Shown piece after piece: positions 13,581 to 21,217 of a stretch of DNA of 64,000 nucleotides (positions are counted from its first letter, which is position 1; every line of letters starts with the position of its first letter). Source of the DNA: a virus; the IMG/VR virus record IMGVR_UViG_3300032322_001562, positions 4,769-68,768 of that record; one strand, given 5' to 3'. The position numbers and the translations under genes are program-made. Under the pieces are notes generated by a model. The model made no database searches and was not told the DNA's origin. It saw nothing but the letters and a program-made list of their open reading frames with translations.

Positions 13581-14373
13581 GACTTACATAATTGGTTGGA
13601 ATGAGGCTTTCGATAACTGCTTAGATATTGACAAGCAGCTAAGCGAGTCAGATTTATACTATAAGTTTTGGAATGTCTCGTCTGATAAAAATAAACGCCC
13701 TAACTGGGAAGTAGCCAAAGACATTAGATACTACGGTCATTTTTATAATTCCTTGGTTGACTTTATGACAACAGACAAGTTGGTCTTTGGGTTTAACGCT
13801 GGTGACCCGGCTTACCCTGACTACCCAGCGCTAATTAAAAAAGCTGAAAAAGTTTTAGAGCGACCTGGAATCTATGCTCCAAACATAGAAGGTGATCTAT
13901 TTGCAGAAGACGGCGTCTATTTGTCTCAGTCTAAACTGCACCCAGATCTATACCTAGCGTCACAGACAAACGGAATCTGCGTCTTTATGCACCAAGACGT
14001 TGCGGTTATGATGTTTGATTTTATGTTCTGGATGAAGTTTACGAAAGACGTGGACTTCTCAAAAATGAAGTCCGGCTGGGGGCTTGACACGGTGTATTGC
14101 TTGATGGCGATGTATAACAATCTGCCAATCTATAGAGACAAAGAAGTCTATGTTGACCACCCAGAAGGGTCTCACTACAACGCGAATGAAGCTGGCAAAG
14201 AAATGCTTCTCATAGAGACCATGTTCTTCGAGTACGCTGCGACAAAGAAGTGGGACGTAGAGACCTTAAAGCTTATGAAGCAAAATATTCTAGCTAAGGC
14301 TAGACAAAGAAAGAAGTACGGTCTTCTACTCGAAACTATGTACCCAAACTTGAAAGGCGAGCTAGAAGCGTGA
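13570..14373 (+). CDS. Hypothetical protein, possibly a divergent glycosyltransferase
   Basis: GWGLD...VDHP..S.Y pattern; sits within the sugar-modification cluster. Confidence 0.45.
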   Translation: MSSKTYIIGWNEAFDNCLDIDKQLSESDLYYKFWNVSSDKNKRPNWEVAKDIRYYGHFYNSLVDFMTTDKLVFGFNAGDPAYPDYPALIKKAEKVLERPGIYAPNIEGDLFAEDGVYLSQSKLHPDLYLASQTNGICVFMHQDVAVMMFDFMFWMKFTKDVDFSKMKSGWGLDTVYCLMAMYNNLPIYRDKEVYVDHPEGSHYNANEAGKEMLLIETMFFEYAATKKWDVETLKLMKQNILAKARQRKKYGLLLETMYPNLKGELEA

Positions 14374-14786
14374 AGGTTTATACCGGAGGAACTTATGACC
14401 TTTTCCACCGTGGGCACGTAAATTTTCTCAGCCGCTGTGCAGAGTTTGGAGAGGTTACAGTCGCACTAAACACAGACGAGTTCAATTTTCAGTACAAAAA
14501 TAGACGGCCAGTAATGAGCTTTGAAGACAGAAAAGCTGTGCTCGAGTCTTGCAAGTATGTTTCAGAGGTTGTTGAGAACACAGACGGAGCGGATAGCAGG
14601 CCGACTATTCTAAGAGTAAAGCCTAGCATCATTGTCGCAGCCTCCGATTGGGCTCGTAAGGACTATTATTTACAGATGGGATTTACTCAGGATTGGCTTG
14701 ATGAGCACGGAATAGCACTTTGCTACATACCGTATTCCTGGGGAATAAGTACAACAGAAATCATTGGAAAGATAGAGCAAAAATGA
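14370..14786 (+). CDS. Cytidylyltransferase (TagD/glycerol-3-phosphate type)
   Basis: GTYDLFHRGH (HxGH) and GISTT motifs. Confidence 0.88.
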   Translation: MKVYTGGTYDLFHRGHVNFLSRCAEFGEVTVALNTDEFNFQYKNRRPVMSFEDRKAVLESCKYVSEVVENTDGADSRPTILRVKPSIIVAASDWARKDYYLQMGFTQDWLDEHGIALCYIPYSWGISTTEIIGKIEQK

Positions 14787-15859
14787 AAGTTGCAGTTTAT
14801 ACAATCGCACTTAACGAAGAACAGTTTGTAAAGCGTTGGGCGGAAAGTGCCAAAGACGCAGACTTTTTGCTTATTGCTGACACTGGCAGCACAGATGGCA
14901 CTCAAGAAACTGCACGCTCTCTCGGAGTAAATGTAGTTGACATAAGAATTAAGCCTTGGCGCTTCGATCTTGCAAGAAACGCATCCATGGCTTCAATACC
15001 AGCCGATATTGACTATTGCATTGCACTAGACATGGATGAAGTGCTGCTTCCAGGTTGGCGCGAAGAGCTAGAAAAGGCTTTCGAGCAGGGATGGACCAGA
15101 CCTCGCTACACATACACTTGGAGCTGGAAAGACGAAGAAGAGACAATTCCAAGTCTTCAATACGGTGGAGATAAGATTCACGCCAGAGCAGGCTATAGAT
15201 GGACACACCCAGTCCACGAAGTTATGAGAGGCTATGGTGGCCTCAAAGAGAGCCAGGGCTGGATAGCTCTAGAGATTCATCACCACCCAGATAAGTCCAA
15301 GCCAAGGTCTCAGTACTTCCCGCTTTTGGCCATGTCTGTGGAAGAGGATCCAGACGACGATAGAAATGCCTTCTATTACGCCAGAGAGCTCTTCTTCTAC
15401 AATCACAGGGAGCAGGCTATTTCCGAGTTCAAGAGGCATTTAAGCCTTCCTAGGGCCACCTGGGCCCCGGAGAGGGCCGCTTCTATGAGGTACCTCGCAA
15501 AGCTTGAGACAGACAAGGCAGCCGAGTGGCTAGAGAAGGCTATAAAGCAGTCCCCAGGTCGTAGGGAGTCTTTGGTCGAGCTGGCTATGCATCACTACGG
15601 GCACGGAAACTGGCAGCCCTGCTATGACAATGCGATTGCGGCGCTCGCAATAAAAGAGAAGCCTTTGGACTATCTTTGTGAAGATTTTGCCTGGGGCGCT
15701 TTGCCTTGGGACCTAGCTTCTATTTCCGCTTTTAGACTAGGTAAGGTTTCTGAAGCTATTGAGTATGGAGAAAAAGCTTTAGAGCTAGATCCAGAAAATG
15801 AAAGATTGAGAAACAATCTTATTTACTATCACGCCGCTGCTGCTTCTTCTGCTGAATAG
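14783..15859 (+). CDS. GT2 glycosyltransferase with TPR repeats
   Basis: ATG at 14783 (ATGA overlap); DTGSTDGT, FDLARN, LDMDE, HPVHE; C-terminal TPRs. Confidence 0.88.
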   Translation: MKVAVYTIALNEEQFVKRWAESAKDADFLLIADTGSTDGTQETARSLGVNVVDIRIKPWRFDLARNASMASIPADIDYCIALDMDEVLLPGWREELEKAFEQGWTRPRYTYTWSWKDEEETIPSLQYGGDKIHARAGYRWTHPVHEVMRGYGGLKESQGWIALEIHHHPDKSKPRSQYFPLLAMSVEEDPDDDRNAFYYARELFFYNHREQAISEFKRHLSLPRATWAPERAASMRYLAKLETDKAAEWLEKAIKQSPGRRESLVELAMHHYGHGNWQPCYDNAIAALAIKEKPLDYLCEDFAWGALPWDLASISAFRLGKVSEAIEYGEKALELDPENERLRNNLIYYHAAAASSAE

Positions 15860-16289
15860 TGTGGTAAGCATCCACTGCGTTAGCACTGGTTCTACTCTGC
15901 CAAGTGAACTTGCAGGACTCGCAGCGGACAATTCGCATAGTTGACCAACGGCCGCCGTCAGGTCTGTCAATAGTTGCAGTCTTAAGATGTTCAGTTTTAG
16001 CTTTGCAGTAAGGGCACAGAGGAAAACGCTTGTGACGCATCTCTTGACCTTCCCAGTTGACAGAAAGCGTTCTACGAATTTGCTCTGGGGTTAGTCCACC
16101 CCAAATTCCCCAAATTTGCTTATTATTAAGTGCCCACTGAACGCACTGCTTTCTTACTGGGCATTCATTGCAAAGCTTTTTTGCTTCCCACTGCTGAGAT
16201 GGCTTGTTAGCGAAAAAGTTATTTATCTTGTCATTATTTTGTGGCTTTGCACATTCGGCGTCTTCGTGCCACTCTGGATTGTTAATCAA
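15819..16289 (-). CDS. whiB: WhiB-family transcription factor with C-terminal zinc ribbon
   Basis: W...A.C...FF...AK..C..CPVR..C...AL...GIWGG, then CPYC...CESC. Confidence 0.9.
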   Translation of the reverse strand: MINNPEWHEDAECAKPQNNDKINNFFANKPSQQWEAKKLCNECPVRKQCVQWALNNKQIWGIWGGLTPEQIRRTLSVNWEGQEMRHKRFPLCPYCKAKTEHLKTATIDRPDGGRWSTMRIVRCESCKFTWQSRTSANAVDAYHTIQQKKQQRRDSK

Positions 16290-16638
16290 CGTAAGGAACC
16301 TCTACAAAAGTAGTAGGAACTAGTTCCTCTGGTTCAACCATATCTCCGTAGAGGGTCTCGCCATTCTCGTCGCAGTAGGTGGGAATCCTTGCGCTTGGGA
16401 AAGTGGTAGACGCCCCTAGCGTCACTACCGACTGCTCTATCATTCTGAAGCTTTGACCTAGAGATAGTGATATTCCATCTCGTTGAATAGAAGATGCCAG
16501 GGCACGCCTAACTACTTCGTTTTCAATGTCTACGTGTTCGTGTGTGTAATATATAACTTCTGCCTCAGATAGAGTAATGGGAAGGCCTTCACCTTCCCAC
16601 ACACTCCACAGCGACTCGCCAATTCTTGAATCCTTCAT
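16282..16638 (-). CDS. Hypothetical protein
   Basis: ORF overlapping the whiB start, downstream of a GGTAAAAT motif. Confidence 0.65.
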   Translation of the reverse strand: MKDSRIGESLWSVWEGEGLPITLSEAEVIYYTHEHVDIENEVVRRALASSIQRDGISLSLGQSFRMIEQSVVTLGASTTFPSARIPTYCDENGETLYGDMVEPEELVPTTFVEVPYVD

Positions 16639-16687
16639 AGAAGGATTTTATAATTACAAGCGTGTAATTTTACCGTAAATTACAATT

Positions 16688-17179
16688 TTACTTAACGGGC
16701 CAAATATAGTCGTAACTGTCAGGTCTAGCACCAGTGTCTTCTGGCCAACCAAACTGGCTATACCACTCATAGTCTTTGTTGAGCAGTGCCATGCGGTGGC
16801 TAGAAGCTATCTGACCGAATAGATCCCTATCTCTCATCCAAGCAGGATAGCGATGGCTTTCTCTAGTTATACGGCCAAGCTTTACAGCCTGTATGTATGT
16901 GATCAAAGTCTTGGTGCCAATCGTGGACTTGTAGCCACGCTTTTCCCACTCCATGACCATCTTGAGAATGTAGGACACCAAAGCGCCCTCGTGACCTCGC
17001 CACATCTTAACGGCGGGGTGGTTACGCCAGCCCTTGGCTGTGCGGTGGTTGCCCTGTGGGTCCAGTTCCACAAGATTCATTAGGATTTGCCAGCCCTCTA
17101 GGGCTTGCTTATTTAGACGGGCGCGGTCAAGAACCTGTGCGGTGTCCGCCGAGCCAAATAGCGGTACAAATGTTTGCAT
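16688..17179 (-). CDS. MSMEG_6728-family (pyrimidine-dimer glycosylase/endonuclease V-like) protein
   Basis: MQTF.P...A..LD..RL.KQ..E...GWRNHPAVKMW.G...SHR..LL.KD..WY...Y.WP. Confidence 0.85.
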   Translation of the reverse strand: MQTFVPLFGSADTAQVLDRARLNKQALEGWQILMNLVELDPQGNHRTAKGWRNHPAVKMWRGHEGALVSYILKMVMEWEKRGYKSTIGTKTLITYIQAVKLGRITRESHRYPAWMRDRDLFGQIASSHRMALLNKDYEWYSQFGWPEDTGARPDSYDYIWPVK

Positions 17180-17214
17180 ACCTACACGCTAACAGGTTAG
17201 TTAGAGTTTGTCAA

Positions 17215-17454
17215 CTAGCTGTTGAAAGGTTTAAATACGCTTTGTTTCACATTGGCAAACACAGAAACTTCCAGTTCGTTACTGTATTTGGCAGCATCTT
17301 TTTCTTTTACCTGGGTAACCCTAAGCTCTACGTCAACCATTTCTGGCACCCCTTCGATGGGAATGCTTAAGAAGTTAGCAATCGCTTGGTAAGCCTGTAG
17401 CTTAGCCTCTTTGTATGTTTGAGCGTAGATCTTTAGATCAAAATTTACTCTCAT
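17215..17454 (-). CDS. Hypothetical protein
   Basis: Translationally coupled ORF. Confidence 0.65.
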   Translation of the reverse strand: MRVNFDLKIYAQTYKEAKLQAYQAIANFLSIPIEGVPEMVDVELRVTQVKEKDAAKYSNELEVSVFANVKQSVFKPFNS

Positions 17455-17888
17455 TATTGCTTCTTATAGCGCTTTTCTAGTTTGTATGGGGAGTAGTGGA
17501 CGCCCCTAAGTTCTGGCTTTTTTCCGTCGGTGTCGTTGAAGATGACGTCTCCGTAGCGTACTGCAACAACCTTTCCACGGCGGCCATTGTGCAAGGTTCC
17601 AAGGTTGTCTGTGAAGGCATCAGCCTTAACACGGACAGTATCTCCAACTGTGATTTGTCCTGGTTGTAAGTCGATCCAGACGTAGTCATCTTCGTTTTCT
17701 TCTACTTTCAGAGTGTGTCCAAGAGCAAGCTTGGGGAACACGGTCAAAACTTCATTTGTCATGTTGTCGCTAAGCTTTGGAATTTCGGCCCAGGCATCCA
17801 GTAGCTTTAGGATAGCCTTACCTGATCCAACCTTAACTTTGGCAGCTTCTAGCTGCTCTATAATCCATTCGCGGTTAATTTCTGGCAT
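17454..17888 (-). CDS. Hypothetical protein with SH3/KOW-like C-terminal half
   Basis: VGDTVRV...NGRRGKVVAVR pattern; coupled ORF. Confidence 0.6.
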   Translation of the reverse strand: MPEINREWIIEQLEAAKVKVGSGKAILKLLDAWAEIPKLSDNMTNEVLTVFPKLALGHTLKVEENEDDYVWIDLQPGQITVGDTVRVKADAFTDNLGTLHNGRRGKVVAVRYGDVIFNDTDGKKPELRGVHYSPYKLEKRYKKQ

Positions 17889-18895
17889 TAGATTTTCTCC
17901 TTCGCAGAGTCTAGCAGATTTATCTTAAGGGTTTCTAGTGATTCTTCCCGTTGAGGGATGGCATTGAGGTAGGACGATCTCTGAGAATTCGCCAACATTT
18001 GACGCACCGCTGGGTCGTAGTCTTCTATGTCGTACGCCAGCGCCGCCCAGCTTGGGTCAAATCTGTAGGTGTCCTGCCAATACGTGGCTATGGGGGTTCC
18101 AGTATTCATGGCTTGGAACATCCTGTAATTCCACCAAGTCCCGACCTTGCGCTCCTGAGGTGGGATGATTAGCCCGATGCTGTTCCTGAGAACACCCAAA
18201 GCATAGTCATCGTCAGTTTTACGACCGGTTTTAGTTGGAATCCTAGGGAAGGACAAAATTTTCTCTAGCTCAGAAAGCCACGAATTCTTAGGATTTTCTA
18301 CAGCCCACAAATCTCTTCTACCAATTCTCGGTGGCTCTGGATTTATTAGATTCGCATCTAGGTTAATCCCTAGTAAGTCCTCCGAGCTCACAAAGCCGAG
18401 AATGTTAGAAACCTTCTCTGAGGTAATCCAAGGCATAGAAGGATATACAACTTGAGGCCAGACTCCAGCGTCCATATTATTCGCTGCCAGTTCTATAAAC
18501 TCTCGATTTTCATAAGCTTGTGCATATCCTTCTCTTTTTGAGTAGAAAGAGGTAAATAAGATTCCAGCGTCTCTTTTTAGGGCATTTACGCTGTTTTTGT
18601 ATTGCCACATCTGTGGGCTATCGACTACTAGCTTGAGCTTAGGTGAGTCAGACATCAAACCTAAAAGATGGAGAGCTCCAAATATTTTATTTGCGCTCAG
18701 GGAGGTCGGTGCAATAAATCCAAAAATAATTAAATCGAAGTTATCTAAGTCTTTTTTAGTCCAAGACAAACTAGGAGACGCCCAGATTACTTCTTCTGCA
18801 ATCTCAGAAAGAGCGTCAGATAAAACTGTAAAGAAGGTTGTGTTAGATGGTCGATTGCAATGGTTTGATCCCATGCCTGTAAATAGAACCTTCAT
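17888..18895 (-). CDS. Hypothetical protein (possible GT-B-like fold)
   Basis: 335-aa ORF with AAGGAG SD; MKVLFTG start and R.FQAM..GTPI resemble GT-B enzymes; assignment weak. Confidence 0.45.
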   Translation of the reverse strand: MKVLFTGMGSNHCNRPSNTTFFTVLSDALSEIAEEVIWASPSLSWTKKDLDNFDLIIFGFIAPTSLSANKIFGALHLLGLMSDSPKLKLVVDSPQMWQYKNSVNALKRDAGILFTSFYSKREGYAQAYENREFIELAANNMDAGVWPQVVYPSMPWITSEKVSNILGFVSSEDLLGINLDANLINPEPPRIGRRDLWAVENPKNSWLSELEKILSFPRIPTKTGRKTDDDYALGVLRNSIGLIIPPQERKVGTWWNYRMFQAMNTGTPIATYWQDTYRFDPSWAALAYDIEDYDPAVRQMLANSQRSSYLNAIPQREESLETLKINLLDSAKEKI

Positions 18896-18904
18896 GATTC
18901 TCCT

Positions 18905-18937
18905 TTAAAAGAAGGGGCACCTTTCGGTGCCCCTCCC
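18905..18937 (-). terminator. Intrinsic terminator after the SSB-like gene
   Basis: Minus strand AGGGGCACC-GAAA-GGTGCCCCT followed by TCTTTT. Confidence 0.75.
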
Positions 18938-18947
18938 ATTAATTTAT

Positions 18948-19508
18948 TTAAAAGGGCTCGCTTACATCTGACACTGGCGAAGCTGGGGCAGGAGCCGGAG
19001 CTGGAGCCGGTGCAGGTGCAGGGGCTGGAGCAGCTGCAACAGGGGCTGGTGCAGGAGCAGGTGCAGGAGCTGCAGCAGCCGATGGCTGTGCAACCTGCAC
19101 TGGATAGTAACGCTTGATTTCGTTGCTCTGAGTTCCGTTGTAAGTACGGGTTCCTAGAGTCGCACGGAAAGTGCGTCCTAGCAGAGCCTGCTCAATCTGA
19201 GCGTTAGTTGGGTTGGCACCGAAGAACTCTCTACCAAGGCCCAATGCTGATGCCTTCATAAAGAACATGTTTAGTGCCTTTGGATTGTCAGCTGTGATTA
19301 CCAGCTGATCCCATACGCGGCGGCGGTCGTGTGGACCACCCTGTACCTCGGTAGTAATTTTGAACATAGGCTTACCGCTCTGAGCAGTTACTGCCTGTGC
19401 CTCAATAACCTTGAGGTTGTAATCGCCGTCTGGTAGTGGCTGATAGTTGCTGGCTGAAGCAGCATCTCCGGCCTGAGCTACCAGATCGGACCAGTTTAGT
19501 GTTGACAT
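18948..19508 (-). CDS. DUF669-like single-stranded DNA-binding protein
   Basis: PLPDGDY...SGKPM..., Pro/Ala linker, acidic tail ending PF; adjacent to the ATPase and exonuclease. Confidence 0.75.
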   Translation of the reverse strand: MSTLNWSDLVAQAGDAASASNYQPLPDGDYNLKVIEAQAVTAQSGKPMFKITTEVQGGPHDRRRVWDQLVITADNPKALNMFFMKASALGLGREFFGANPTNAQIEQALLGRTFRATLGTRTYNGTQSNEIKRYYPVQVAQPSAAAAPAPAPAPAPVAAAPAPAPAPAPAPAPAPASPVSDVSEPF

Positions 19509-19519
19509 AAGTTGGCTCC

Positions 19520-20287
19520 TTAACTTGCCTTCTTAGTTGCTGAGGCCTTCTTCTCTCCGAAGACCATGTCTAGCATGCGCTCTACTCCTAGATCACCTTG
19601 CTCGACAATCTTACCTAGACGACCCTGAACTCGCTCGCCAGCCTCATACTCTGGAGTACGCTCAACATACATGCGGCGTACCTTGTATGGGGCTTGCAGT
19701 GGATCTGGATTTGGCATCGTCTCCACCGTTATGGCTCCTAGTAGGTCGTAAAAATATGGGGCCTGAATAGCTAGCTGACCCTGCAGGTAAGGACGGTAAA
19801 CGCCATCCTGACCCTTACGTGCCATAGCTGTCAGTACCACAGCCTCTAACGGCTGGGTTGGGTGCATCGTGAGGTCACGGAGGTCACGAAGTAGTGCACC
19901 CATGTGGCGAAGTAGTTCGCCCCACTGCTGCATCTTCATTTGCTCTGTGCCTGCGATGTTATCCATGCACTTGACCTGTAGCTCCGAAATGGAGTCAATG
20001 ATCAAGGACTTGAATTGGTGCTTACCTGACTGAAGCCACTGGAAAGCTTTGATGACTACGTCGTAGTCACGAACCTGGACAACAACAGTGTCCCAAGTTC
20101 CATCAGCCAGCGGCGGCTCCTGAGTCAGGGGGTCCCAGTACTTAACGTTGATTGGGAGGAATCTGTGTCCGCCCTCTACGTCGAGCATGAGACGTGGGTA
20201 TGGTGCCGTTACAGCAAAGGTTGATTTACCAACCTTAGACTCGCCATAAACCATAATTGTTAAACTGCGGTCTACTGTGTTTGACAT
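19520..20287 (-). CDS. AAA_24/Sak4-like recombination ATPase
   Basis: YGESKVGKST Walker A, LDVEGG, IIDSISE. Confidence 0.85.
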   Translation of the reverse strand: MSNTVDRSLTIMVYGESKVGKSTFAVTAPYPRLMLDVEGGHRFLPINVKYWDPLTQEPPLADGTWDTVVVQVRDYDVVIKAFQWLQSGKHQFKSLIIDSISELQVKCMDNIAGTEQMKMQQWGELLRHMGALLRDLRDLTMHPTQPLEAVVLTAMARKGQDGVYRPYLQGQLAIQAPYFYDLLGAITVETMPNPDPLQAPYKVRRMYVERTPEYEAGERVQGRLGKIVEQGDLGVERMLDMVFGEKKASATKKAS

Positions 20288-21217
20288 TTACTCACTTCCC
20301 TTCATCTCTTCGGTTTTGTAGTATCCGTACGGGTCGGCGACCTCGAACGCGTCGCTAATTGCAGCCTCTGCGGCGCTTCCGTCGTCAACCAACGGGCAAA
20401 TAGCGAAGAATTGGCACTTCCACTTGCAGTCTCTAGTAGGACGTGGATATGCATGCTTGTAGTGGCTCTCTCCAGCATCTAGAGCACTGCGAACCTTGAG
20501 AATATCTTCTAGGGTTCCTTCTAGTCTCTGGAAGAAAGAGCGAAGCGTAAATTGATTGTGGCGGACCTCAATCTGGTCATAGAACGGTGGCTTAGCGTAA
20601 GCGCCGCGCTTAACCTTGCGGAGCATTGTAAATATGCCACCCTCGGAACGCTCATTGCCAGTGTTCTGAGCCTCTTCCAAGACCATGTAGGTAAGAATCT
20701 GCTCATTCATGTGAGCAATCGATCCAAAGTCGGCGAACGAGCCACCAACAGTCTTGAAGTCACGGAACATACGCACGCCATCAATCTTGCGGCGAACACG
20801 CATGTCAATCTTTCCCTGAAGAGTCACACGGCCGTCCATCATTGGGCGCTCGATAATCTCTTCTGTAGAAATCATTTCCAGCTCAGCGTCAATACCCTCT
20901 AGTTCTACCCACTCTAGGTAGCCTTCTAGCATGACTCGGCCAAGCTCGGCTTCGGTTTCTAAAGTAGATGTGTCTCGGAAAGAGTCGTTCATCTTCTTCA
21001 TATCGGCTGCCACTAAATCAGCGTGAGCTTGGAGTAGTGGCTTACCTGTTGAGTAGTACTGGTCAAGTGCCTCGTGGATTCTTGATCCAAGAGCCAGTGC
21101 TCCAGTGAAGTCTTGAACCTTTGGCTGCAGCCTGCGGTAGTAAGTAAACCACCAGCGTCGGCGGCAATCCTTAAACGTTTGGATTTCAGAGTTAGAAATC
21201 CTTACTGGTTCTGTCAT
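20288..21217 (-). CDS. Cas4/RecB-like PD-(D/E)xK exonuclease
   Basis: S.S....FKDC.R, GS.IH, GKID, DFKT, C-terminal C.WKC.F..IC. Confidence 0.88.
   Translation of the reverse strand: MTEPVRISNSEIQTFKDCRRRWWFTYYRRLQPKVQDFTGALALGSRIHEALDQYYSTGKPLLQAHADLVAADMKKMNDSFRDTSTLETEAELGRVMLEGYLEWVELEGIDAELEMISTEEIIERPMMDGRVTLQGKIDMRVRRKIDGVRMFRDFKTVGGSFADFGSIAHMNEQILTYMVLEEAQNTGNERSEGGIFTMLRKVKRGAYAKPPFYDQIEVRHNQFTLRSFFQRLEGTLEDILKVRSALDAGESHYKHAYPRPTRDCKWKCQFFAICPLVDDGSAAEAAISDAFEVADPYGYYKTEEMKGSE

Noticed and set aside
20288-21217. Cas4-like gene as part of a CRISPR system
   Set aside because: No array or other cas genes; it sits in a standard exonuclease-ATPase-SSB module.
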